64,000 bases of DNA from Sulfurospirillaceae bacterium. Its GTDB lineage: Bacteria > Campylobacterota > Campylobacteria > Campylobacterales > Sulfurospirillaceae. The notes beneath the pieces are model-generated. The model saw only the letters and a program-made list of their open reading frames with translations. It did no database searches and was not told where the DNA came from. Made by a program: the position numbers and the translations under genes. The stretch is taken from NCBI GenBank assembly GCA_033723415.1, contig JAWVXD010000004.1:160001-224000 (forward strand), given 5' to 3'. Below are positions 10,721 through 20,346 of this stretch, piece after piece. Each line of letters begins with the position of its first letter. Position 1 is the stretch's first letter.

Positions 10721-11417
10721 TATGTTAAAAATAAACAAAGCCAATCAATTTTACGGTGAAAGTCATACTTTATGGGATTTAAGCTTAGAGATAGAGCCTG
10801 CTAAATGTACTTGTATCATGGGCAGAAACGGTGTAGGAAAGACTACTCTTACTAAAGTCATCATGGGATTATTACCCATCAAAAGCGGCGAAATTTTATA
10901 TGAAGGGCAAGACATATCAAAACTTAGCTCCGATAAAAGAGCCGGTTTAGGTATCGGTTATGTTCCTCAAGGACGCGAGATATTTTCCAATCTTTCAGTA
11001 AAAGAAAATCTTGAGATCGGGCTGCTTGGCAATCGCAACAATTTAAAAAAAGTTCCCTCAAAGATCTATGAACTATTTCCCGTTTTAAAAGAGATGTTGA
11101 AGCGAAAAGGCGGCGATCTTAGCGGCGGGCAGCAACAGCAACTTGCAATCGCAAGAGCTTTGTGTATCGAACCGAAGCTGTTGATACTAGATGAGCCATC
11201 TGAGGGAATCCAGCCAAATATCGTCCAACAAATCGGAGGCGTAATCGACTATCTTACAAAAGAAGAGAAACTCACCGTTGTGTTGGTAGAGCAAAAATTG
11301 CCCTTTGCCAGAAAACACGGAGATAGCTTTTATATCATAGAACGCGGGAGAAAAGTCGCAAACGGAGATATATCAGAGCTAAGTGATGAATTGATCAAGC
11401 AATTTTTGTCGGTATAA
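10713..11417 (+). CDS. urtE: Urea ABC transporter ATP-binding protein
   Basis: GRNGVGKT, YVPQGREIF, LSGGQQQQLAIARAL, DEPSEGIQP; start may be the ATG at 10722. Confidence 0.93.
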   Translation: MSDMLKINKANQFYGESHTLWDLSLEIEPAKCTCIMGRNGVGKTTLTKVIMGLLPIKSGEILYEGQDISKLSSDKRAGLGIGYVPQGREIFSNLSVKENLEIGLLGNRNNLKKVPSKIYELFPVLKEMLKRKGGDLSGGQQQQLAIARALCIEPKLLILDEPSEGIQPNIVQQIGGVIDYLTKEEKLTVVLVEQKLPFARKHGDSFYIIERGRKVANGDISELSDELIKQFLSV

Positions 11418-11418
11418 G

Positions 11419-12168
11419 ATGAGTATTGCTCTAGCATTTAAAAACGATAGATTTAAGCTAAAGAAGCTAAAACTTCCTGCTAGATATTATCATTTTAATG
11501 CTAGTGAAAATTACATCAAACTACTCTGTATCGGAGAGGGAATCTTCCCAAAAGATAAGATTACCGTCCAGATAGATTTAGAGCATTCAAGCTCTATTTT
11601 TTCAACTGAATCTGCAACAAAAGTCTATCCGTCTACAAAAGAGTATAGCATCAATGCCATCACTATATCCCTAAAAAATTCAAATTGTGAATTTCTCAAT
11701 GATGAATTGATCCTTTATAAAAACTCAAAATTGATCCAGTTTTTGAAGATCAGATCAGACAGCAACTCAACGTTTTTCTACTCTGATATTTTGAGTTCCG
11801 GCAGAAGTTTTGAAAATTTTGATTTTACGTCGATGAGAATCAGGAACAGATTTTTTATAGATGGAAAATTAGAATATTATGAAAATTTTGACATAAGCGG
11901 AGATGGGATCAAAGAGTATCTGCAAAGAAACCATGCCAAAAAGTTGATCTTTGCAAAAATCTATATGAAAACAGGCGATAATGGTGATTTTTTAGATACT
12001 TTATCAGCACAAGGCCTTCGATCTTTTAGCTATACTAGAAACAAACAAATGATCATAGGCGTACTCAGCGCAGAGAATATGTATGTCATAAAAAATAAGA
12101 TAAATAGAATTTGGCATCTATACAGAAATAAACTCGATAAGAAACCGTTCAATCTGGGCAAACAATAG
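11419..12168 (+). CDS. ureD: Urease accessory protein UreD/UreH
   Basis: GEGIFPKD, TESATKVY motifs; position directly before the urease subunits. Confidence 0.8.
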   Translation: MSIALAFKNDRFKLKKLKLPARYYHFNASENYIKLLCIGEGIFPKDKITVQIDLEHSSSIFSTESATKVYPSTKEYSINAITISLKNSNCEFLNDELILYKNSKLIQFLKIRSDSNSTFFYSDILSSGRSFENFDFTSMRIRNRFFIDGKLEYYENFDISGDGIKEYLQRNHAKKLIFAKIYMKTGDNGDFLDTLSAQGLRSFSYTRNKQMIIGVLSAENMYVIKNKINRIWHLYRNKLDKKPFNLGKQ

Positions 12169-12177
12169 GAGGATAAA

Positions 12178-12861
12178 ATGTTTTTGACAAACAGAGAACA
12201 AGAAAAATTGATGATCTATACGGCATCAAAGCTGGCATTTGAGCGCAAAAACAGAGGCTTGAAACTCAACTATCCAGAAGCCGTAGCCATCATAAGCTCT
12301 TTCATACTTGAGGGTGCACGCGATGGCAAAAGTGTGAGTGAGCTCATGGTAAGTGCCACACAAGTTTTAAGTGAAGATGATGTACTAGACGGGATTGCTT
12401 CTATGATGGAAACCGTGCAAACCGAAGCGACTTTTGATGACGGTACAAAACTTGTAACGGTTCACAACCCAATTCCTACAAAAAAATCAGAGACAACTCC
12501 CGGCGAATACTTCATAGATGAGGGAGAGATAGAGCTGAATGTAGGAAATGAAATCATCAGTATCGAAGTAGAAAACAAAGGTGACAGACCGATTCAAATC
12601 GGTTCGCATTACCATTTTTTCGAGGTCAATGCTTTTTTATCTTTTGATAGAGAAAAAGCCTATGGCAGAAGACTCGCTATCGCTTCCGGTACTTCTGTGA
12701 GATTTGAACCGGGCTCGGTTAAAAAGATAGAACTGGTCAATTTCAAAGGAAAACGATATATCAGTGGATTTAATGCTTTAGTCGAAGGGTACTTGGATGA
12801 TGAGAGCACAAAAGAAACCGCAATGAAGCGATTAGAAATCTTTTTGGGAGAAGTGCAATGA
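12178..12861 (+). CDS. ureA: Urease fused gamma/beta subunit (Helicobacter-type UreA)
   Basis: Gamma part ([36 protein letters not shown]) fused to beta part ([26 protein letters not shown]). Confidence 0.97.
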   Translation: MFLTNREQEKLMIYTASKLAFERKNRGLKLNYPEAVAIISSFILEGARDGKSVSELMVSATQVLSEDDVLDGIASMMETVQTEATFDDGTKLVTVHNPIPTKKSETTPGEYFIDEGEIELNVGNEIISIEVENKGDRPIQIGSHYHFFEVNAFLSFDREKAYGRRLAIASGTSVRFEPGSVKKIELVNFKGKRYISGFNALVEGYLDDESTKETAMKRLEIFLGEVQ

Positions 12862-13019
12862 TAACTTTTTTGCAAAGCATTACAATAAGTCCGCGGAATT
12901 TATCTTGGGACTTGTTCCAAGTTAAAGAAGTCAGACTAAATTATTCTTGCCAAAGGCAAAGCTTTAGTGATAGGAATTTATCTTGGGACTTGTTCCAAGT
13001 TAAAGGAGACAGACAATGA
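12858..13019 (+). CDS. Putative 53-aa bridging ORF built largely from the repeat element
   Basis: ATG overlaps the ureA stop (ATGA), TGA overlaps the ureC start (ATGA), GGAG 7 nt upstream; [53 protein letters not shown]; translation unproven. Confidence 0.4.
   Translation: MITFLQSITISPRNLSWDLFQVKEVRLNYSCQRQSFSDRNLSWDLFQVKGDRQ
12895..13008 (+). repeat. Structured intergenic repeat, copies B (partial) and C (full)
   Basis: Exact 33-bp direct repeat ggaatttatcttgggacttgttccaagttaaag at 12895-12927 and 12973-13005; copy C is homologous to 1044-1119 (-). Confidence 0.9.
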
Positions 13020-14719
13020 AATTATCAAAACAAAAATATGCCTCGATGTACGGACCGACTACCGGGGATCGATTTAGACTCGCAGATACTTCTTTGATAG
13101 CCCGCATCGAAAAAGATTTTACGATCTATGGTGAAGAGAGCAAATTTGGAGGAGGGAAAACCATACGAGACGGTATGAGCCAATCTCCGAGGGCTACAAA
13201 CACAGCTGATCTGATCCTCACAAATGCCGTGATCATAGACTATAGCGGTATTTATAAAGCAGATATCGGCATCAAAGACGGCAAGATCTCGGCGATCGGA
13301 AAGAGCGGAAACCCTAACAATTGCGATGGTATCACAGAGGGCTTAGAGATCGGAGCAGAAACAGAAATACTCTCATGCGAGGGTAAGATCATCACAGCCG
13401 GAGGGATCGATGCACACATCCACTTCATATCTCCAGGACAGATAGATGAAGCGTTTTCAAGCGGAATCACTACGATGATCGGCGGAGGTACAGGACCAAA
13501 CACCGGAACCAATGCAACAACCTGTACACCGGGAGCTTGGAATATACACAAAATGATAGAATCAGTCGATGATATTCCACTAAATTTTGGTTTTATGGGA
13601 AAAGGAAACAGCAGTAACTATGAAGCTTTGAGGGCACAAGTCGAGGCCGGAGCTATGGGTTTGAAACTTCATGAAGATTGGGGCAGTACTCCAAAGGCAA
13701 TAGACACCTGTTTAAAAGCATCCGATGATTTTGATGTACAGACAGCGATCCACACAGACACGCTGAACGAATCTGGTTTTGTCGATAACACCATCAACTC
13801 TTTTAAGAACAGAACCATACACACCTTTCACTCTGAGGGTGCAGGCGGCGGGCATGCCCCCGATATCATGAAAGTTGCAGGACTCGAAAACATCTTGCCC
13901 TCTTCCACGAACCCTACCCTTCCTTATACAAAAAATACGATAGAAGAACATCTGGATATGTTGATGGTCTGTCATCACCTCAGTCCAAAGATTCCTGAAG
14001 ATGTCAGCTTCGCAGAATCAAGGATCAGAGGCAAAACGATCGCCGCTGAAGATGTTCTACATGACATCGGCGCCATCTCGATGACCAGTTCTGATTCTCA
14101 AGCCATGGGAAGAGTCGGAGAGGTTATCACCCGAACCTGGCAAGTAGCACACAGTATGAAAACGCAACGTGGGGCTTTAGAGAGTGATAACGAGCGAGAC
14201 GACAACAACCGCATCAAACGCTACATCGCAAAATACACGATAAATCCGGCGATCGCTTGTGGGATAAACGAGTATGTCGGCAGTGTAGAAGTGGGGAAAA
14301 TGGCAGACCTAGTGATGTGGGATCGAGCGTTTTTTGGAGTAAAACCTACGATCATCATCAAAGGCGGCTTTATAGCACTTAGTATCATGGGTGATTCAAA
14401 CGCATCAATACCGACACCTGAGCCAAATCTTTACAGACCTATGTTTGGAAGCTTAGGTAAAGCCGCTGCTAGGACAAGTGCTATCTTCGTTTCAAAAGCT
14501 TCATTAAATGCTGGACTTGAAGAGAAATTAAAGATCGATAAAAAGATGCTTGCGGTGAAAAATACGCGAAATATCAGTAAAAAAGATATGTTGCTCAATG
14601 ATTTTACGGGAACCATAGAGGTAGATCCTGAGACTTACGATGTCAAAGTCAATGGAGTATTAATCGAGTCAAATGCCATGGATGAACTCCCTATGGCAAA
14701 AAAATACTTTTTATTTTAG
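13016..14719 (+). CDS. ureC: Urease alpha (catalytic) subunit
   Basis: [51 protein letters not shown] motifs. Confidence 0.98.
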   Translation: MKLSKQKYASMYGPTTGDRFRLADTSLIARIEKDFTIYGEESKFGGGKTIRDGMSQSPRATNTADLILTNAVIIDYSGIYKADIGIKDGKISAIGKSGNPNNCDGITEGLEIGAETEILSCEGKIITAGGIDAHIHFISPGQIDEAFSSGITTMIGGGTGPNTGTNATTCTPGAWNIHKMIESVDDIPLNFGFMGKGNSSNYEALRAQVEAGAMGLKLHEDWGSTPKAIDTCLKASDDFDVQTAIHTDTLNESGFVDNTINSFKNRTIHTFHSEGAGGGHAPDIMKVAGLENILPSSTNPTLPYTKNTIEEHLDMLMVCHHLSPKIPEDVSFAESRIRGKTIAAEDVLHDIGAISMTSSDSQAMGRVGEVITRTWQVAHSMKTQRGALESDNERDDNNRIKRYIAKYTINPAIACGINEYVGSVEVGKMADLVMWDRAFFGVKPTIIIKGGFIALSIMGDSNASIPTPEPNLYRPMFGSLGKAAARTSAIFVSKASLNAGLEEKLKIDKKMLAVKNTRNISKKDMLLNDFTGTIEVDPETYDVKVNGVLIESNAMDELPMAKKYFLF

Positions 14720-14727
14720 GCCATGTC

Positions 14728-15162
14728 ATGATAAAAAAAGTCATCCAAATCACGAAAGAGACAGAAGCAAACGACAGCGTGGAATTAAGCTGGTTTGATA
14801 TGCAAAAACCAAACCTTAGTGCACTCACGAATCTGGGTGTAGCGTTTATTATCAAAGCAAAATTTACACACCTTCATGTGGGTGACATCTTGATTTGCGA
14901 GGATGGATATAAGATTGAAGTAAAAAAGACTCAGGATGAGATCTATATCTTAGAGTTTACCGATCATATAAAATTTGCAAAAATAGCTTATGAGATCGGG
15001 AACCGACACCAACCGATCACGATAGAAGACTATAAGATCACGGTTTTAGACGATCAATCAATCTCTGATATTATCTCAAATCTCACCTCTGATAAAGAGG
15101 TAAAAATAACTAAGACGAAAGGATATTTTCATCCCAATGGAAAATCACACCATTCGCACTAA
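14728..15162 (+). CDS. ureE: Urease accessory protein UreE
   Basis: AYEIGNRHQP motif; C-terminal HHSH. Confidence 0.9.
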   Translation: MIKKVIQITKETEANDSVELSWFDMQKPNLSALTNLGVAFIIKAKFTHLHVGDILICEDGYKIEVKKTQDEIYILEFTDHIKFAKIAYEIGNRHQPITIEDYKITVLDDQSISDIISNLTSDKEVKITKTKGYFHPNGKSHHSH

Positions 15163-15826
15163 AGCTCTGAGCAGGTTTGTGCAAATCTTTGACGGTTCAT
15201 TTCCATCAGGCGGGTTTGTACACTCATTTGGGCTTGAGCCGCATGTGCTTTTAGAAGTCGTGCATGATGAACAAAGTTTGAAAGATTATCTTCTAAACAT
15301 AATATTGGATCAATATCAAAAGTTTGAATTCGCTTATGTTGAAAAAGTGTTTAGCAATCTTCAAGACAACAAATTGGGGCAGATCATCAAAGAAGATGAA
15401 AAATTTGTATCGATGCTCTCGTATGAACTTTCAAAAGCAACTTGTGACTTGGGAAAAAACTATCTAAAGCATATAAATTTTGATATAAAGAAAAAAGTTG
15501 TAAAGGATTATTTCAACGCTGCTCATGCAGGAGAAAGCGCGGGAAATGAGTTGATGATCTTAAGTGCCTATGCGTATGAATTGGATGTTAATTGTGATAC
15601 TTTCTTGCTTTTGTGGTGCAAAAAAAATATCGTCAATATTGCCTACGCCTCGCTAAAGATCTCTCGCATCAAGCCATCAGAAGTCCAGAAGCTTCTTTTT
15701 GAATTTGATGACATACTGGAAGAGATGATAAGAAATAGCTCGAAAAGCATAAGCAATTTTAATCCAATATTTGAAGAAAATATTTTTCAACATAAAAATT
15801 TAGAACCAAAATTATTTACGACATAA
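15137..15826 (+). CDS. ureF: Urease accessory protein UreF
   Basis: DGSFPSGGFVHSFGLE; C-terminal H.....KLF. Confidence 0.9.
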   Translation: MENHTIRTKALSRFVQIFDGSFPSGGFVHSFGLEPHVLLEVVHDEQSLKDYLLNIILDQYQKFEFAYVEKVFSNLQDNKLGQIIKEDEKFVSMLSYELSKATCDLGKNYLKHINFDIKKKVVKDYFNAAHAGESAGNELMILSAYAYELDVNCDTFLLLWCKKNIVNIAYASLKISRIKPSEVQKLLFEFDDILEEMIRNSSKSISNFNPIFEENIFQHKNLEPKLFTT

Positions 15827-15834
15827 GGAACGAA

Positions 15835-16425
15835 ATGAGTGTAAAAATAGGCATAGCAGGACCGGTTGGAAGCGGTAAAACTTCTATCATCGAATCCTTA
15901 ACAAATTTGTTAAAAGATGAATATAAGATTGGCATAGTCACAAACGACATCTATACACTAGAAGATGCAAACTACCTAAAAAAGAGACTTGACATCAACA
16001 CTGAACTCATCACCGGCGTAGAGACAGGAGGATGCCCTCATACTGCGATCAGGGATGATATCTCGATGAATGACAAAGCCTGCAAAGAGCTTGAAGCAAA
16101 GTTTGATCCCGACATAATCTTTGTAGAAAGCGGAGGTGACAATCTATCGGCAACTTTTTCTTATGAATTAATTGATTACTATATCTATGTGATCGATGTG
16201 GCACAAGGAGGAGATATCCCGAGGAAAAAAGGTGCGGGACTACTGTTTTGCGATCTATTGGTCATCAACAAAACAGATCTTGCCCCTTATGTAAATGTAG
16301 ACTTGGAAATTATGGAAGAAGACGTAAAAGAAAACAGAAAAAACAAACCCTATGTTTTTATAAGCAACAAAGAAGAAAACACTCTTTTAAAAATAAAAAA
16401 ATGGATTTTAGCACTTATTGATTAA
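15835..16425 (+). CDS. ureG: Urease accessory GTPase UreG
   Basis: GPVGSGKT, TNDIYT, ETGGCPHTAIRDD, ESGGDNL, INKTDLAP. Confidence 0.97.
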   Translation: MSVKIGIAGPVGSGKTSIIESLTNLLKDEYKIGIVTNDIYTLEDANYLKKRLDINTELITGVETGGCPHTAIRDDISMNDKACKELEAKFDPDIIFVESGGDNLSATFSYELIDYYIYVIDVAQGGDIPRKKGAGLLFCDLLVINKTDLAPYVNVDLEIMEEDVKENRKNKPYVFISNKEENTLLKIKKWILALID

Positions 16426-16496
16426 ATGCTTGACAAAAACTTTTCTAAAGTATAATTAGGTTAAAATTTCTCTTATTTCAAATAAGGTGAATTATT

Positions 16497-17822
16497 ATGA
16501 TGAAGACAATTATGCCAATTACCGCGATTATTGCCCTAAGATTTATGGGACTTTTTATCGTATTGCCTGTACTTTCTGTATATGCGCTAGGTTTAAAAGG
16601 CTCAAACGAATTTTTAGTAGGAATTACTATCGGCGGATACGCTCTAACACAAATGTTACTTCAAGTACCATTTGGAATGCTTTCAGACAAGATCGGAAGA
16701 AAAATAACGATCACAATCGGACTCGTTATCTTTATAATCGGATCACTGATCTGTGGATTTAGTACAGATATCTATACTCTAATGCTTGGTAGATTTATCC
16801 AAGGTGCCGGAGCTATAGGAGCTGTTGCCATCGCAATGATAAGCGATATGGTAAGAGAAGAAGTCAGAGCCAAAGCTATGGCAGTGATGGGAAGCTCTAT
16901 CGCTCTCTCTTTTGCATTTGCGATGATGGCCGGACCTTTGATAGGCGGTTATTGGGGTGTTGATAAGCTATTTTTTATCGTTGCAATCTTTACTATCGTT
17001 GCTATTATTATCCTTTTCGTAAAAGTTGAAAATCCTCCTACCATAAAACACAATTATGACAATAGTGAAAGACAACTTTTGGAAATACTCAAAAACAAAG
17101 ACCTTATGCGTATGAATATCACGAATATGCTGCAAAAAGGTATGATGACCTTGGCATTCTTGGTCATACCGATCATCATGCAAAAACAGTTTGGCTGGGA
17201 AAAGAAAGAACTTTGGATGGTCTATATTCCTGCTATGGTTTTTGGAATGATCGCGATGGTGCCGGCTGCTATCATAGGTGAAAAATACCATAAAGCAAAA
17301 GAGATACTGATGCTAGGTATAGGATTTTTTGCAGTAAGCTACTTGATCATGGGATATACTAGTTCTGCATTTTTATTTATCGTAGGAGTTATAGTATTCT
17401 TTATAGGATTCAATATGCATGAACCTCTTATGCAATCTATGGCGAGCAAATATCCAAGGATACACCAAAAAGGTACAGCACTTGGGATATTTAATTCTTT
17501 TGGCTATATAGGAACCTTTATCGGTGGTGTATTTGGTGGATATTTCTTACAAAACTACGGCATGAAAGAGATAGCAGTAGTTATTGTGGTTGTTGCCTTC
17601 GGATGGCTTTTTATAGTGAAAAGCATCACTAATCCTAGAATAAACAAAAATCTATATATCGATGCGGACAAGATCGATGCAGCACAGGCAGAAAAACTAC
17701 ATGACATAGACGGTGTGGTAGAATGGTACAAAAATGAAAATGAAAATACACTCATCGTCAAACACAATACTCTCAAAACAAACAAAGAAGAGATCGAAGC
17801 ATTTTTAGGTGTTAAACCATAA
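16497..17822 (+). CDS. MFS transporter (YajR/HP1181-like)
   Basis: LRFMGLFIVLPV, GMLSDKIGRK, GRFIQGAGA; 12-TM pattern. Confidence 0.9.
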   Translation: MMKTIMPITAIIALRFMGLFIVLPVLSVYALGLKGSNEFLVGITIGGYALTQMLLQVPFGMLSDKIGRKITITIGLVIFIIGSLICGFSTDIYTLMLGRFIQGAGAIGAVAIAMISDMVREEVRAKAMAVMGSSIALSFAFAMMAGPLIGGYWGVDKLFFIVAIFTIVAIIILFVKVENPPTIKHNYDNSERQLLEILKNKDLMRMNITNMLQKGMMTLAFLVIPIIMQKQFGWEKKELWMVYIPAMVFGMIAMVPAAIIGEKYHKAKEILMLGIGFFAVSYLIMGYTSSAFLFIVGVIVFFIGFNMHEPLMQSMASKYPRIHQKGTALGIFNSFGYIGTFIGGVFGGYFLQNYGMKEIAVVIVVVAFGWLFIVKSITNPRINKNLYIDADKIDAAQAEKLHDIDGVVEWYKNENENTLIVKHNTLKTNKEEIEAFLGVKP

Positions 17823-18238
17823 TAGCACTATTTTTTGTATGCTTAGGCGCTGCCACCTTATTACCGGGTGGCAGCGAAGTTTTTTTCTTATACAAAATCC
17901 ATCAATCACCTGACCTCAAATACATCTTTCTACTCGTTGCAACACTCGGCAATACTATCGGTTCATTTATCAACTACATACTAGGCAAATATCTGAGTGA
18001 ATTTGCACTCTCAAAATCCTACTTTGAAGCAAAATCCATCAAAAAAGCAACCACTCTTTTTGATAAGTACGGCTTTATCTCACTGCTCTTTGCTTGGTTG
18101 CCCATCATCGGCGATCCGATCACGTTTGTAGCGGGACTTTTCAAGTATAATTGGCTAAAATTTTTAGTACTTGTCACTATATCAAAATTCTTAAGATATG
18201 CCTTTCTTCTTTATATGTTTGAATTTGCCTCAAAATAG
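17819..18238 (+). CDS. YqaA/DedA (VTT-domain) membrane protein with no canonical start codon
   Basis: Manual translation IIALFFVCLGAATLLPGGSE...VATLGNTIGSFINY...KYG..SLLFAWLPIIGDPITFVAG...KFLRY; in-frame TAA at 17813-17815; only ATA codons are available as starts. Confidence 0.75.
   Translation: MIALFFVCLGAATLLPGGSEVFFLYKIHQSPDLKYIFLLVATLGNTIGSFINYILGKYLSEFALSKSYFEAKSIKKATTLFDKYGFISLLFAWLPIIGDPITFVAGLFKYNWLKFLVLVTISKFLRYAFLLYMFEFASK
17848..17886 (+). terminator. Intrinsic terminator-like hairpin inside the yqaA 5' coding region
   Basis: cgctgccacc / ggtggcagcg 10-bp stem followed by aag-TTTTTTT. Confidence 0.55.
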
Positions 18239-18258
18239 CAAGCATAACTTCATTACAA

Positions 18259-18267
18259 TGTTATAAT
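18259..18267 (+). promoter_or_regulatory. Extended -10 box (TGnTATAAT)
   Basis: tgttataat about 30 nt before the ATG at 18297. Confidence 0.55.
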
Positions 18268-18296
18268 ATAACTTAAAAAAACACGAAAGAGAAAAA

Positions 18297-18890
18297 ATGT
18301 TTGAAAACATCATACACTCACACACTTTTATAGTGTATGGGATACCGGTACTGATCTGTCTTGCGCGGATCACAGACGTAAGTATCGGAACTTTACGCAT
18401 CATCTTTGTCTCTAAAGGACTCAAATTTATAGCTCCTATTCTGGGATTTTTTGAAATCTCTATCTGGCTAGCTGCCATATCACAAGTTATGGCGCATCTT
18501 GACAGTCCTGCAAACTTTATAGCGTATGCCCTTGGTTTTTCTCTTGGAAATTATATCGGTATGTATATAGAGAACAAACTTGCCATCGGGCTCGTTGTCG
18601 TACGTATCATCACCAAAAGAGATGCACATGTTTTAGTGGAAAAACTCAGAGAATTAAAGCATAATGTCACCGTTGTAGATGCACAAGGAAACGAGGGAGA
18701 TGTCAATATCATATTTACAGCCGTAAAAAGATCCAAAACAAAAAAAATAATCCCGATCATACAGCATCACAATCCACAAGCAGTATACTCAATAGAAGAC
18801 ATAAGATATATAAGCGATCCAAATTTTCCTATAAAAACGCCAAGGAGCGCAAAAAAGTTCAGTCAGCTTTTAAGGCCTGTTAGAAAATAG
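18297..18890 (+). CDS. DUF2179/UPF0316-family membrane protein
   Basis: ARITDVSIGTLR, LGFFEISIW, AYALGFSLGNYIG..IE..LAIG, C-terminal PII-like domain. Confidence 0.85.
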   Translation: MFENIIHSHTFIVYGIPVLICLARITDVSIGTLRIIFVSKGLKFIAPILGFFEISIWLAAISQVMAHLDSPANFIAYALGFSLGNYIGMYIENKLAIGLVVVRIITKRDAHVLVEKLRELKHNVTVVDAQGNEGDVNIIFTAVKRSKTKKIIPIIQHHNPQAVYSIEDIRYISDPNFPIKTPRSAKKFSQLLRPVRK

Positions 18891-18898
18891 ATAACAAA

Positions 18899-20188
18899 TC
18901 AAAGATGCAAATATGTAGATATCAAAAAGAGACAGAAAACATAAGCAACATACATCTTGAGCGTATAGCCGATATTGAGTTTAAAGATCCTAACTCCATC
19001 CAAATCGTATCTTGAGACCAAAGTGAGATTGACACCGCTAAACGGTGATGTGCAGACAGAAGTCGACCAAGCCATCAGTACCACAGCCGCCAAAAGCGTA
19101 TGATTGACATGACTTAGGATGCTACCGAGTGTTGCGATCGTGATGATCGGATGCACACCGATGAAAGATAGCACGATGAACATCGCAAGCAAACCGGACG
19201 CTGCGATCCAATCAAAATGCTCAAAAGGCAAAGCAACATGCACTCCTGCGAGTATCGAACCTGCAGACACCCCAAACATACCCGCTATCAAAAACAGTGA
19301 GATTTCGGATTTCATATTTGGCAACTCATGTAAGATATGGTTACTCAAAACATGAAGGGCTGAAGTCTCCCCTTTTTTTGCAAGCAAAACAAATAACACC
19401 AAGATAATAGAAAAAACAGGGATCAGGATGATGATCTTGATATGCGGGAAAAAGTGATTGGACACAAGCACCAAAACCGCTAAGGCAAACGGCAGATAAA
19501 GCGAATCATAAGACATCGGATAACCCAGAAATTTCTCGATCTCAAGCTTTGGATTTGTCACGATATCACGATAAGTTATCAAAAAACCCACGATAGCCAA
19601 GCCAAGTCCCGCAACCAAGATGATCGAAGTCTTTACATGAGGTGCATACGTGATCACAGCGGCAAATGCCACAAAAAACGGAGACCACAGCGCATCGGTT
19701 GCAAATGCTCTGGTCAAAAGAACGATCTGGGAGTTTGATAACGGCGATTTTTTATAGAGTTTATCACCCACCAGAATGATCGAAGACATATTGATGACCG
19801 AACCGAACAAATGAAGACTAAAGTAGGTCTTTAGAAATGATTGTTTACCCTGAGGAAGTTCGTTTGCAAAATCCTTTTTCGGGCTTGTGATCAATCTCAA
19901 AAAACCAACACCGATCAAAAGAGCCAAGAGGTACTGGTTCACGGTAAAAGCTCTGATGAAATCAATATAAAAGTGATTGTAATACGAGATTGAAAAATTA
20001 ATAACACTGAGTGCTAAAAAGATATTGAGCATCTTTTTCTTTTTCAGAGTCCCAAACATCATAACCAACGCTATCCACGCCATAATACCCGCTAAAATCA
20101 AATATTGCTGTCCTGCAAAATATGAAAAAATACTCAAAACAAAAGAAATAAATATAAATATTCCCGCTAATCGCAAGATCTTGTTCAT
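18899..20188 (-). CDS. Uncharacterised polytopic membrane protein, probable secondary transporter
   Basis: 429 aa with about 12-13 hydrophobic segments; WSPFF and SPFSG re-entrant-like motifs. Confidence 0.6.
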   Translation of the reverse strand: MNKILRLAGIFIFISFVLSIFSYFAGQQYLILAGIMAWIALVMMFGTLKKKKMLNIFLALSVINFSISYYNHFYIDFIRAFTVNQYLLALLIGVGFLRLITSPKKDFANELPQGKQSFLKTYFSLHLFGSVINMSSIILVGDKLYKKSPLSNSQIVLLTRAFATDALWSPFFVAFAAVITYAPHVKTSIILVAGLGLAIVGFLITYRDIVTNPKLEIEKFLGYPMSYDSLYLPFALAVLVLVSNHFFPHIKIIILIPVFSIILVLFVLLAKKGETSALHVLSNHILHELPNMKSEISLFLIAGMFGVSAGSILAGVHVALPFEHFDWIAASGLLAMFIVLSFIGVHPIITIATLGSILSHVNHTLLAAVVLMAWSTSVCTSPFSGVNLTLVSRYDLDGVRIFKLNIGYTLKMYVAYVFCLFLISTYLHL

Positions 20189-20215
20189 TCTATAAAATCC
20201 TCAAATACTAAAATG

Positions 20216-20338
20216 TTATTTTAGTATATTTTCTTCAAAATGGTGTATGTTTATAACGATAAATTTATATGCCGCATAAATCAAAACAGGCCATGAGCAA
20301 AGCCACATGATACCTGAGATATGATCAACTGTCTGCAT
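20216..20338 (-). CDS. Small cytochrome bd accessory subunit (CydX/CydY/CydS-like), 40 aa
   Basis: AGGAG RBS overlapping the cydB stop; MQTVDHISGIMWLCSWPVLIYAAYKFIVINIHHFEENILK, single TM; not in the ORF track. Confidence 0.7.
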   Translation of the reverse strand: MQTVDHISGIMWLCSWPVLIYAAYKFIVINIHHFEENILK

Positions 20339-20346
20339 TGTTTCTC

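Noticed and set aside
12895..13005. Two identical 33-bp repeats with a 45-nt spacer as a mini CRISPR array
   Set aside because: Only two units, no cas genes, and the spacer is itself part of the larger element repeated at 1044-1119
16430..16456. TTGACA/TATAAT sigma70 promoter for the MFS gene
   Set aside because: The spacer is only 15 nt; the -10 is plausible but the pair is not convincing
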